Of a stretch of DNA of 37,918 nt, positions 29,334 through 37,041 are shown one piece after another (positions within the stretch are counted from its first letter, which is position 1; each line of letters starts with the position of its first letter). Below the pieces are notes generated by a model. That model had not been told where the DNA came from and ran no database searches. It worked only from the letters and a program-made list of their open reading frames with translations. Location of the stretch: positions 1 to 37,918 of the IMG/VR virus record IMGVR_UViG_3300005077_000050; one strand, given 5' to 3'. The position numbers were made by a program, and so were the translations under genes. This stretch comes from a virus (taxonomy: Duplodnaviria; Caudoviricetes).

Positions 29334-29379
29334 TAACTATACACGATTCGAACGTGTGAAACTTCCTTTATTATAGTTA
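29334..29379 (-). ncRNA. 46-nt tRNA-like minihelix: 7-bp stem plus 5-bp T arm with loop TTCGAAT
   Basis: Minus strand: TAACTAT-AATAAAGGAAGTTTC-ACACG-TTCGAAT-CGTGT-ATAGTTA; no D or anticodon arm, no CCA. Confidence 0.55.
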
Positions 29380-29406
29380 AAAAAAGTACGTGCTTGCGCA
29401 CGTACT
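29379..29406 (-). terminator. Intrinsic terminator after the SSB gene
   Basis: Minus strand: AGTACGTGC-GCAA-GCACGTACT followed by a T tract. Confidence 0.85.
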
Positions 29407-29424
29407 ACGTTAAATTAAAAACTA

Positions 29425-30048
29425 CTACTCTTCTGTTTGCTCCTCAGAATCATAAGACGACAAGTCGATGTAATCATCAACGTTTGTTGATACACCACCG
29501 ATAGTTTCACCATCTTTCACCTTTACAATAGCGTTCGGATTGCAACCGATACCCTGAAACGTTGCTTGGTTGTACACCCAAAAGGAAAGGTTTGCTAAAA
29601 CGTAATCACCGCTGTGCAGTTCTTGGTCCGACATGTTATCAACGCTCAAACCCGGCATGTGAATTCCGTTAGTTATAACGCGTTTCTGCATGTCAACAAC
29701 CAACGGCCTGAATTGCGGGGATGAAACTTTAATGATGTAGTAACCACGGAACGCTTCACGTCCATCTTTTTCATCAGCGTATTCATCACCGTCAACCAAA
29801 CAATTATTTTTTGGGTTAATTGCTTTAACGGTTTTACCACGGAACCCTTTTTTCTGTAACTCTGCAAACGCAGCGTTAAACTCAGTTAGCAGCTGTTCAA
29901 CCTTTTCTTTGTCATCTTTTGGTACTAAAACGAAAGCGTTGTACTTTTCTTTACCATCTTCCATACCCTTTACTTTGCGTTTTTCAAATAAACCTTGAAC
30001 ATACGCTACTCTGCACGTTGGTGCACCTTTTAATTGAAATTTTTCCAT
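29425..30048 (-). CDS. ssDNA-binding protein (DUF2815 / T7 gp2.5-like)
   Basis: R.AY...LFE, KY....LVPK.D, DGD, SGDYV, GIGC..NAI.KVKDGE.IGG and an acidic tail; upstream of polA. Confidence 0.88.
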   Translation of the reverse strand: MEKFQLKGAPTCRVAYVQGLFEKRKVKGMEDGKEKYNAFVLVPKDDKEKVEQLLTEFNAAFAELQKKGFRGKTVKAINPKNNCLVDGDEYADEKDGREAFRGYYIIKVSSPQFRPLVVDMQKRVITNGIHMPGLSVDNMSDQELHSGDYVLANLSFWVYNQATFQGIGCNPNAIVKVKDGETIGGVSTNVDDYIDLSSYDSEEQTEE

Positions 30049-30059
30049 TTTTAAAAAAT

Positions 30060-30233
30060 TTAATTGTTAGAAACTGAAAATAACATTTGTATTATAACGC
30101 TTGAATTAATTAAGCATCCATCACTGAAATAAAGCGGTTCCCCGCTTTCCGATCTAACGGCTGTTTTTCCATAAACGCTGTTCATGTACTCAACGTACTT
30201 TATTTTTTGCTTCGTGTTTAACGTGCTCCACAT
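30060..30233 (-). CDS. Small hypothetical protein, 57 aa (MWSTLNTKQK...VSNN), not in the ORF track
   Basis: Fills an intergenic gap and has an A-rich start context. Confidence 0.45.
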   Translation of the reverse strand: MWSTLNTKQKIKYVEYMNSVYGKTAVRSESGEPLYFSDGCLINSSVIIQMLFSVSNN

Positions 30234-30258
30234 ACTTATTTTGAGTTAAATATTAACG

Positions 30259-30480
30259 TTACAAAGGCATGTGAGAAAAACGTTCACCACGCAATTCAAA
30301 TCCGCCTTCTTCAAATAATATTATATCATACCCAAAGGCTTCTTTAAACGTTTTATTAATCGTTTTAGTGTTTTTGTTTTCTTTTCCCTTGAGGTATTGG
30401 TCAAAAGATGCTACATCTTTAAAAGCCTGACTAACATTTTTAGCTGTCTTTTTCATTTTGAATTGAATATTAATGTCCAC
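30259..30480 (-). CDS. Hypothetical protein (true start probably the second Met, MKKTAK)
   Basis: Short ORF in operon packing. Confidence 0.6.
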   Translation of the reverse strand: MDINIQFKMKKTAKNVSQAFKDVASFDQYLKGKENKNTKTINKTFKEAFGYDIILFEEGGFELRGERFSHMPL

Positions 30481-30647
30481 CAGTCAATAAATAAACTCTT
30501 CGCTTCACCGTCAAACTTGAAAAATACCTCTACACCCGCTTGACTTTGACTAACGAAGTGTATTTTAACTACACCGTCACCGTTACACGCTTTTATATGC
30601 TTCTCTAAAACAGCGTGTTTGTGTTCAATGTTGTCTGTTGTACTCAT
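30453..30647 (-). CDS. Hypothetical protein
   Basis: 64 aa ORF with an A-rich start context. Confidence 0.6.
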   Translation of the reverse strand: MSTTDNIEHKHAVLEKHIKACNGDGVVKIHFVSQSQAGVEVFFKFDGEAKSLFIDWWTLIFNSK

Positions 30648-30658
30648 ACGTTTTAATT

Positions 30659-30868
30659 TTAGTCATCATAATGTGAAAATACTTGAACCGCTTCAAGCAA
30701 CGCATACGTGCTTAATACTTCACGTTCTATCTCTACCGGGTCAACCAACGCATAGATTAAATCTGTCACGTCCTTTTGGTTCCACGTAATTTTGTCCACC
30801 TCTACGGCGTTATCCTCGATAGTGCCGTAAACGTTTAGCTCCTGACCTTTGAATATAATTTTGAACAT
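30659..30868 (-). CDS. Hypothetical protein
   Basis: 69 aa acidic ORF. Confidence 0.6.
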   Translation of the reverse strand: MFKIIFKGQELNVYGTIEDNAVEVDKITWNQKDVTDLIYALVDPVEIEREVLSTYALLEAVQVFSHYDD

Positions 30869-30871
30869 GGC

Positions 30872-31318
30872 CTATATTGTTTTACGTATAAATGTTTTAG
30901 TAAAATGATTAAACTTGCACCAATAAACGTCAACTTCGTCCTCCCTTTTTCGTCCTACTTTATGTTCTACGTTTTGACATCTAAAGCATACTCTATCAAG
31001 ACCTTTTTTACAAAAAGTAGGCTCTTGTTTATCAAGGTTGTTAACAAAATCTGACGCTTTCAAAAACGTGGCAAAACTGTTAACAAAATCTGTTACCTTC
31101 AAAAACGTGTCGAGTTTAAGTGAGAACCAGGCTTCGAAAAGCGTGTAACCTTTGAACGTTTTTACTCCCTCGCCCCAAAAGTTTGTATCTTTTGATAAAA
31201 CAAGTTTACGAATCAAAAGCGTTGGCTCTCCGCCTTTAATATGCACAACTTTAAAAATCTGCTTCGCACGTTCACCACGGTTTGTAGTTGAGCGCACTAT
31301 TAACGTATCCTTATTCAT
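30872..31318 (-). CDS. Hypothetical protein with a Cys/His-rich C-terminus (start re-assigned to MNKDTL at 31318)
   Basis: The re-assigned start avoids a long overlap with 31311-31532; contains a 13-aa internal duplication. Confidence 0.6.
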   Translation of the reverse strand: MNKDTLIVRSTTNRGERAKQIFKVVHIKGGEPTLLIRKLVLSKDTNFWGEGVKTFKGYTLFEAWFSLKLDTFLKVTDFVNSFATFLKASDFVNNLDKQEPTFCKKGLDRVCFRCQNVEHKVGRKREDEVDVYWCKFNHFTKTFIRKTI

Positions 31319-31532
31319 TAGGTTCGATTGAAAATGAAACAATACGTTCGCATTGGGTGTCGTGAGCAATCCCAATATCCTCAACGTGGTACGTGTCACC
31401 AATTTCTTCCGCTTCCAAAGGAAGTTCATGCAACGCTAAATCTACCAGATTCAAAGCGTTACTTTCATTTTCCGCTACTACAACGCACAGAATATTTAAC
31501 TCTGCAACGTTTTCAACTGTAAAAATTTTCAT
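31311..31532 (-). CDS. Hypothetical protein
   Basis: 73 aa; VVVAEN...A..L pattern common in small phage proteins. Confidence 0.65.
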   Translation of the reverse strand: MKIFTVENVAELNILCVVVAENESNALNLVDLALHELPLEAEEIGDTYHVEDIGIAHDTQCERIVSFSIEPNE

Positions 31533-31537
31533 ACTTT

Positions 31538-32263
31538 TTAATAAATTGGATTAATAATATTTGCTATTTTACACAACTTTACAATTTTCTCCGGTGCATG
31601 TGGGTAATACGTTTTACTTTTATGCAATAGGTGTACTGGCTCGGTGAATCGGTTGTTTTCCGAATAGCCCGCACGTTCAAACAAAGATGTAATGTAATCA
31701 GCGTTTGAGTGATTCCTGAACGAACGATTTTTATGAAACGAATCTTTTGGAACCGATGTTCCGAACGCTTCCGTAAATAGCTCGTCAACAAAGTCCACGG
31801 CTGACAACGTGTTATTACACTCTATGTATAACGCATTATAATTTTTCCATTTTAAACTATTAATGAACGTTGTTTCGTCCACTATCTCGTTGAAATCGGT
31901 TGCAAAGAAAATTTTCTCTTGCGTTTCTAAACTGTAAATTTCAAACCCCATGCACTCAACGTCATGTTTTAACGGCACAACTCTTATAACGTAGCCATCA
32001 AAACGTAAGACCTCATTCGGTTCAATAGTGTTAAACGTTACATATGGATGTTTCTCCAGTAACGCTTTTTGCGTTTTCTCCGTTGCGAACACCGCCAACC
32101 CGTTAAAGTGACTGCTCAGGTACTTTGTGTGGTCAGTGTGGCTGTGCGATAAAAACAGATACTTGCCACGTACAACTTCTTTACACCCCGCATCTATAAT
32201 TAACGTGTCATCAATTACAGCAGTATTCCCGGTGCTACCTGTCCCGATTATTTTTACTTGCAT
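31538..32263 (-). CDS. Metallo-beta-lactamase-fold hydrolase, probable nuclease
   Basis: IGTGSTGN, IIDAG, SHSHTDH, HD, ATD, IECN, NH and LLH motifs. Confidence 0.9.
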   Translation of the reverse strand: MQVKIIGTGSTGNTAVIDDTLIIDAGCKEVVRGKYLFLSHSHTDHTKYLSSHFNGLAVFATEKTQKALLEKHPYVTFNTIEPNEVLRFDGYVIRVVPLKHDVECMGFEIYSLETQEKIFFATDFNEIVDETTFINSLKWKNYNALYIECNNTLSAVDFVDELFTEAFGTSVPKDSFHKNRSFRNHSNADYITSLFERAGYSENNRFTEPVHLLHKSKTYYPHAPEKIVKLCKIANIINPIY

Positions 32264-32546
32264 AGTAGATTTTTATTAAGTTTCTTATTTTACGTTTTTT
32301 TTTTATAAAAGCCTGTGAGTTTTTTGCCAACGATACTATTTCAACGTTACGTTGATGCTCTGCTAATTCGTACCGTAGCATCCATATAAAGGCATACTGG
32401 TCAGTAGGTTGTCGTCTGTTAGAACGTTCTGCTCTTTTTGAATCACATTTAGATTCAAACTCACAAACCGCACGTTTAGCGTTTTGTACTTCTACGCTTC
32501 CTAACACTTGTAAAGCGTCTTGGTATTCTTGCCATTCTGTTTTCAT
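32235..32546 (-). CDS. Hypothetical protein
   Basis: 103 aa ORF. Confidence 0.6.
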   Translation of the reverse strand: MKTEWQEYQDALQVLGSVEVQNAKRAVCEFESKCDSKRAERSNRRQPTDQYAFIWMLRYELAEHQRNVEIVSLAKNSQAFIKKKRKIRNLIKIYYASKNNRDR

Positions 32547-32558
32547 ACGTTTCTATAA

Positions 32559-33011
32559 TTAAATTTGCCCTCCTACTTTCTCCAATAAATCCAACGTTTC
32601 TGATAACTTAGAAAAGTTGCACTCATGAACGTACGTTAATATATTCGTTAAAATACGCAAACCTAAGGTTTGGCTTGTGAACGCTCCCTTTATATCACGC
32701 CCACCGTGCGGCATGGATATAGAACGTGCTTCTTTAATCGTAAAATCCAAAACGTTTTCCGGCTCCACTTTGTAACATAACGTTACATACCTTTTGAACC
32801 CTTCGTTATAGCGTGTTTTGTAATCCACGTTTTCGTACGTTCCAACGGCACGTACGACGTCGTCCACACAGTTAGGGTTCATTATATTTTCAAGGAACGT
32901 TCTACCAAATACAGAATATTCTGTATAGTCCATCGCGCTTCCACGGTAAACTCTTAACGTTGTTTGTGTATAGTCCTCGTGAACTGTTACACGTATTTCC
33001 GGCTTAATCAT
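32559..33011 (-). CDS. Hypothetical protein (start re-assigned to MIKPEI at 33011)
   Basis: The ORF-track TTG start lies inside the structured element; ATG at 33011 has an A-rich context. Confidence 0.65.
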   Translation of the reverse strand: MIKPEIRVTVHEDYTQTTLRVYRGSAMDYTEYSVFGRTFLENIMNPNCVDDVVRAVGTYENVDYKTRYNEGFKRYVTLCYKVEPENVLDFTIKEARSISMPHGGRDIKGAFTSQTLGLRILTNILTYVHECNFSKLSETLDLLEKVGGQI

Positions 33012-33028
33012 ATGTTTTAAATTTTTGT

Positions 33029-33074
33029 TCGGTTGTTGGCAGCGAACCAAATAAACGCTTAACGTTTCAACCGA
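33029..33074 (-). ncRNA. 46-nt three-way-junction element, copy 3
   Basis: TCGGTTG-AAACGTTAAGCGTTT-AT-TTGG-TTCGCTG-CCAA-CAACCGA; compensatory changes relative to copies 1 and 2. Confidence 0.7.
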
Positions 33075-33081
33075 TTTTTTA

Positions 33082-33573
33082 TTAAGGTGTGAACTCCCTT
33101 AACGCTTTGGCCATTTTGTAACTTTTTAAAATGTTATCAAAGGCTTCTGTTCCACGTTTTGTATCATACGTGTTATCCTCGTCTGCAAACCATTCATCCC
33201 ATTCTTTAAACGTTTTTATTTTGCAGCCTATTTTGCAATAGTATTTGTTATATTTTACTACCCACTTACAGAACCCCGTTACAAAAAAACCATTTTCCCA
33301 CGTTCCGCCTTCCCACGTTCCGCCTTCCCACGTTCCATATTTCCACGTTCCGTCTTTCCACGTTCCATCTTTCCACGTTCCATCTTTCCACGTTCCGTCT
33401 TTCCACGTTCCGTCTTTCCACGTTCCATCTTTCCACGTTCCACGTTCCCACGTTCCACGTTCCCACGTTCCACTGTGCCAAATAACTTCACCCTCAATAA
33501 TAGACACGTTTTCATCCTTTACGTTCGCGTTTTTCAACCAAACGGGAGCGTTTGTTAATTCACTTATTCGCAT
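33082..33573 (-). CDS. Pentapeptide (xxGTW)12 repeat protein, predicted beta-helix
   Basis: Twelve GTW repeats followed by a KIGCK...EW..WF C-terminal motif. Confidence 0.8.
   Translation of the reverse strand: MRISELTNAPVWLKNANVKDENVSIIEGEVIWHSGTWERGTWERGTWKDGTWKDGTWKDGTWKDGTWKDGTWKDGTWKYGTWEGGTWEGGTWENGFFVTGFCKWVVKYNKYYCKIGCKIKTFKEWDEWFADEDNTYDTKRGTEAFDNILKSYKMAKALREFTP
33298..33471 (-). repeat. 15-bp tandem repeat x12 with invariant core GGAACGTGG
   Basis: Read directly from the sequence. Confidence 0.95.
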
Positions 33574-34181
33574 GATGTAAATTTTTTAATTAGTGCTTTA
33601 TGTATCGGTTTACTTGAGTTTATTTTAAAACGATAAACCCAACGTGCATCAGAAAACTCGTTTGAGTATGATATATGAGCGTTTGTTAAAAACGTGTGCA
33701 TCTTATTTATTGCGTCCATCTCACGAACCCCGGCAAACAGAACAAATAGCCCTATACCGTAAAGCGTTGGATAGAACCCATACTTGCAAAACGCTTCCGT
33801 TATCTCTTCGCCCTGCATGTTGTTTACAAGTATGAGCATAAGTTCCTCACGTGTGTACATATTTGAAGCGTGATTATGGTAACAGTATTCACGTTGCTTT
33901 GGTGTCATGTCATCCCACGACGTTGAGCCAAAATACGAACCGTCGTACCTTTTAGGGTTTGGCTCACGGTATTTAGTTGTAAACGCAGTAACGAACGCAC
34001 GTAAAAGCTTCTCCTCGTTCTGAGGAACTTTAAACTTAAAATCAACCGTGTACTCCGTTAAAGGCAACGTACGTCTAACCCAATACTCTGCACCCGGTTG
34101 AAGCTCTTCGTCCAACGTTTTAATAACAAAGTCACGTTTAGTAATTGCGTTAATTAACGCTTGAAAGTCATCTGTTCTCAT
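33564..34181 (-). CDS. Hypothetical protein
   Basis: 205 aa ORF; no family recognised. Confidence 0.75.
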   Translation of the reverse strand: MRTDDFQALINAITKRDFVIKTLDEELQPGAEYWVRRTLPLTEYTVDFKFKVPQNEEKLLRAFVTAFTTKYREPNPKRYDGSYFGSTSWDDMTPKQREYCYHNHASNMYTREELMLILVNNMQGEEITEAFCKYGFYPTLYGIGLFVLFAGVREMDAINKMHTFLTNAHISYSNEFSDARWVYRFKINSSKPIHKALIKKFTSCE

Positions 34182-34213
34182 AATTTAAATATTTAATTAA
34201 ACTGTTGTTTAGT

Positions 34214-34259
34214 AGGTTTGGGGGCAACGAACCCCGTAAACGCTTAACGTTTCAAACCT
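34214..34259 (-). ncRNA. 46-nt three-way-junction element, copy 2
   Basis: AGGTTTG-AAACGTTAAGCGTTT-AC-GGGG-TTCGTTG-CCCC-CAAACCT. Confidence 0.7.
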
Positions 34260-34269
34260 TAACCTTGCT

Positions 34270-35421
34270 TTACTCGGCGGACAGCCAAATAACGTTGTCG
34301 ATTCCGATGTCGTGGTTAACGACTGACTCAGCGTTGTCAACGATTATCGGGCAGCTCTCCATGTTGTTTATCGCACGTGCAAAGTGCAACAACTTAACAC
34401 ACATTTTAATACGCTCGGAGTAATTCACGTTGCGCAACGGTACACCTTTGTGATACAAAACGCACGTTGGTTTAACCGTACCGTTTTTAAGTCGCTCCTC
34501 TGTTACCAGCTCCATATCAAGCGGTAAAGCCATCGAAACTTGTAACGCGTCCGCACCGGATAAAATTGCGTTAATCTCATTGATACGCTTTGTCACGTCA
34601 ATAACACGTTGCCGGGCCGCCTGAGCGTTTGCCAAATTGCGTTCTGCAACGTCAATACTAAACGTTTCATCATCAAACGCTTTTTTCCTACGTACCAGTT
34701 CACCGTACAACTCGTCGTAATCCTCTTTAACTTTCAACGCTGAATTGTACGCTTGCCTCTTCTCCAGTAGCTTAGTGTCTGAGTGTTTACGCCCGCACGT
34801 TGGGCAGACCTCTTGTACACCGGTGTTAATAACCTGCATACTGTGTTCGTACGTTATCATCGCTGTTTTCTCCAACTGAGTTAACGGTGCAACGGTACGT
34901 TGTGGAATGACTATGTGCATACCTATTAAGGTTTCGGCTTCACGTAAAGACGCACGTAGTGTAGTTAACTCTTTTTTCAACTTAACGTATTCATCGGACT
35001 CGATGTACTCAAGGTTTGTTAATAACTTCCTTAACGTTTCAGCGTCCAATGAATCGGATGTTAGAAAATTTGCATTACCGCACGCACGTAATACGTTATA
35101 ATTAACTCCGTAACCATGTAGGAAAATTTCAAACTCTGTTTGTGTCATAACAGTACCACCTATATACAACGTGGTTCCGCTTGCGTTCAAATCACGCCTT
35201 ATTGATGGCAACCCCGCCAAACCGTATAGCGTTACACTTGTTTTGTCATCGCTAAACAAGTTTTTAGGGTTGAACCCGTTTAACGTTTTACCCGTTATAG
35301 CGAAGTTGTAAGCGTTAATCAAAGACGTTTTACCCCAACCATTTGGGAGTCCGACCGTTTTTAACTCATGGACGGCATCACCTTGAAACCCTCCAAAATT
35401 TGATAATTGTAATGTAATCAT
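34270..35421 (-). CDS. Short Rad50/SbcC-like ABC ATPase with a zinc hook
   Basis: LSNF.G, Walker A NGWGKTS, coiled coil with central CPTCG, Walker B/D-loop IIVDNAES. Confidence 0.8.
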   Translation of the reverse strand: MITLQLSNFGGFQGDAVHELKTVGLPNGWGKTSLINAYNFAITGKTLNGFNPKNLFSDDKTSVTLYGLAGLPSIRRDLNASGTTLYIGGTVMTQTEFEIFLHGYGVNYNVLRACGNANFLTSDSLDAETLRKLLTNLEYIESDEYVKLKKELTTLRASLREAETLIGMHIVIPQRTVAPLTQLEKTAMITYEHSMQVINTGVQEVCPTCGRKHSDTKLLEKRQAYNSALKVKEDYDELYGELVRRKKAFDDETFSIDVAERNLANAQAARQRVIDVTKRINEINAILSGADALQVSMALPLDMELVTEERLKNGTVKPTCVLYHKGVPLRNVNYSERIKMCVKLLHFARAINNMESCPIIVDNAESVVNHDIGIDNVIWLSAE

Positions 35422-35534
35422 AAGCTATCTATTTTTATTTGATTGTCGTTAAGTCTGTTATTGTTAAATGAGAAAACCCCTTGTAAATCAGATACTTACA
35501 AAGGGTTGACCAGGTCCACAAAGGGGGTAAAAAC

Positions 35535-35563
35535 AAAAAAAACCGCTTGATTATCAAGCGGTT
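35535..35563 (-). terminator. Intrinsic terminator closing the first early block
   Basis: Minus strand: AACCGCTTGA-TAA-TCAAGCGG followed by T8. Confidence 0.8.
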
Positions 35564-35584
35564 ACATTTTTTAGTGTGATTTGG

Positions 35585-35776
35585 TTAAAATTTCAATCTG
35601 TAATAATAACACCCGTTTATTGGGTTTGATATTTCAGGGATTGCCCCGGTTTCGACCTCAAATTGGGCTAATTGTGCCCGAGGTATAGGTGTGATGCTTA
35701 CCAGCTTCAAACCTTTTTTAGTTGCTTTATAGATCCACAAGTAAAGCATAGAGCCTGTTTTTAACATTGTAGCCAT
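35585..35776 (-). CDS. Hypothetical early protein
   Basis: 63 aa ORF ending just before the terminator. Confidence 0.55.
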   Translation of the reverse strand: MATMLKTGSMLYLWIYKATKKGLKLVSITPIPRAQLAQFEVETGAIPEISNPINGCYYYRLKF

Positions 35777-36036
35777 TCATTCCGACCTGCATACTTTGCA
35801 AGGTCGTAAACGTTTCGTTTTATCCCTTGCAAATCAAAAAAAGCCTTTACATAGGGTTTAAATGCTATGTTGTGCATGTAAAGACGGTTCAAAAAAAGTT
35901 TGTTGTTTTCACGTTTGAAAAGTTCACAATTGCGAACCGACAAAACACCATTTAAAACAGTTAGTTCATCACGTTTGAAGTTAACCCCTGTGTTTAAGGC
36001 ATTAACCGCCTGAATTGTTACGCTATTCATACCCAT
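35761..36036 (-). CDS. Hypothetical early protein (start may be 36030)
   Basis: 91 aa ORF; ATGA overlap if started at 36030. Confidence 0.6.
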   Translation of the reverse strand: MGMNSVTIQAVNALNTGVNFKRDELTVLNGVLSVRNCELFKRENNKLFLNRLYMHNIAFKPYVKAFFDLQGIKRNVYDLAKYAGRNEWLQC

Positions 36037-36158
36037 GCAGATTTTTTGAGGTTGGCTACTTTGTTGTTTAATTCCCGTGCGAATCTTTTTGTTTGGATGA
36101 AAAGGGTTACTGATAACCCAACCAATACAACCATTTCAAAATAAAGTACATATTCCAT
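36027..36158 (-). CDS. Small membrane protein, 43 aa (MEYVLYFEMVVLVGLSVTLFIQ...), not in the ORF track
   Basis: Fills the gap; N-terminal hydrophobic helix followed by basic residues; ATGA overlap downstream. Confidence 0.5.
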   Translation of the reverse strand: MEYVLYFEMVVLVGLSVTLFIQTKRFARELNNKVANLKKSAWV

Positions 36159-36197
36159 AAAAATTGATTTAATAAAGCCACTTTTTTGTGGTTTTGT

Positions 36198-36243
36198 GGG
36201 TTTGGGGGCAACGAACCCCCTAAACGCTTAACGTTTCAAACCC
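36198..36243 (-). ncRNA. 46-nt three-way-junction element, copy 1
   Basis: GGGTTTG-AAACGTTAAGCGTTT-AG-GGGG-TTCGTTG-CCCC-CAAACCC. Confidence 0.7.
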
Positions 36244-36251
36244 TCCATTTT

Positions 36252-36980
36252 TTAGCCTAATTGTGCGGCAATTTCTTCTTCGCTGAAACCAGCGGCCAAT
36301 AACATTGCCCGCATTTTTTCAACCTTTTCGTTTAATACAGTTACCTTAACTGTTAATGTTTCACGTGCTTCTTTTTCAGGTAGTTCAAAGTTTTCAACCA
36401 ATTGGCAAGCGGTTTCAAAATTTGCTTCGTTATCTTGCAATTGATTAAGCAAAGCACCCAATTTTTTTTGCAGTTCCTTTGCAGCAGCTTTTATACGTTC
36501 CTGTTGACGTTCAAAGTCAAGTACCAAAGCGGCAAACCTTTTAATTTCGATTTCACGGTGCAACGGTTCAAACTCGGGTAAAAGTTTGCCCGTTGTTTCC
36601 TCTTCAATGGTTTGAACCAAACGTGATAGTTTCTTTTTAGGCTCTCCCATTTCAAGTATCACGTTGCCCTTTTCGTCTTTTTCAATAACAGCAACCTGTT
36701 TAAAAAAGCTGCCAGTCCTTTTTTCAAAAGATAACCCCTTTTCAGATAACAACGGTAAACGGGCTGCCAATATTCGCCTTGCCTTTTTTTGGATTGGCGT
36801 TTCATCCGCTTCTGGTGCATCCAGTTCACCACCGTCTAATACTTCGCTTTCATTAGCGTTTGATACTTCGCTTTCATTAGCGTTTGATACTTCGCTTTCA
36901 TTAGCGTTTGATACTTCGCTTTCATTAGCGTTTGATACTGCCATGTTTTCAGCTTCCATGTTGAAATTCTTTTTTGACAT
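36252..36980 (-). CDS. First early gene: acidic repeat N-terminus and coiled-coil C-terminus, function unknown
   Basis: 242 aa ORF directly downstream of the consensus promoter. Confidence 0.8.
   Translation of the reverse strand: MSKKNFNMEAENMAVSNANESEVSNANESEVSNANESEVSNANESEVLDGGELDAPEADETPIQKKARRILAARLPLLSEKGLSFEKRTGSFFKQVAVIEKDEKGNVILEMGEPKKKLSRLVQTIEEETTGKLLPEFEPLHREIEIKRFAALVLDFERQQERIKAAAKELQKKLGALLNQLQDNEANFETACQLVENFELPEKEARETLTVKVTVLNEKVEKMRAMLLAAGFSEEEIAAQLG
36839..36939 (-). repeat. Perfect 24-bp tandem repeat x4.2 encoding (SNANESEV)n
   Basis: ATACTTCGCTTTCATTAGCGTTTG repeated on the + strand. Confidence 0.97.
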
Positions 36981-37041
36981 TTTTGTACTATTTAGAATGT
37001 TTATAAATATGAGAGGGTTTTTTCATTCCCTCATTGCTCTA

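Noticed and set aside
30131-30148. Hairpin AAAGCGG-TTCC-CCGCTTT
   Set aside because: Short, inside a plausible small ORF and seen only once; could be chance.
33298-33471. Repeat array resembling a CRISPR or producing alternative-frame repeat ORFs (33245+, 33266-, 33279-)
   Set aside because: 15-bp period with no unique spacers; it is the coding repeat of 33082-33573 and the other ORFs are stop-free shadows.
33029-36243. The 46-nt elements as true tRNA genes or simple terminators
   Set aside because: No D arm, a 5-nt rather than 7-nt central loop, no CCA, and they are followed by A-rich rather than U-rich sequence on the transcribed strand.
36839-36939. 24-bp repeats as a mini-CRISPR array
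   Set aside because: Units are contiguous with no spacers and lie in frame within a CDS.
308-36980. Alternative genetic code, introns or inteins
   Set aside because: Standard-code ORFs tile both arms densely, and terL, polA, helicase and primase are uninterrupted with ordinary motif spacing.
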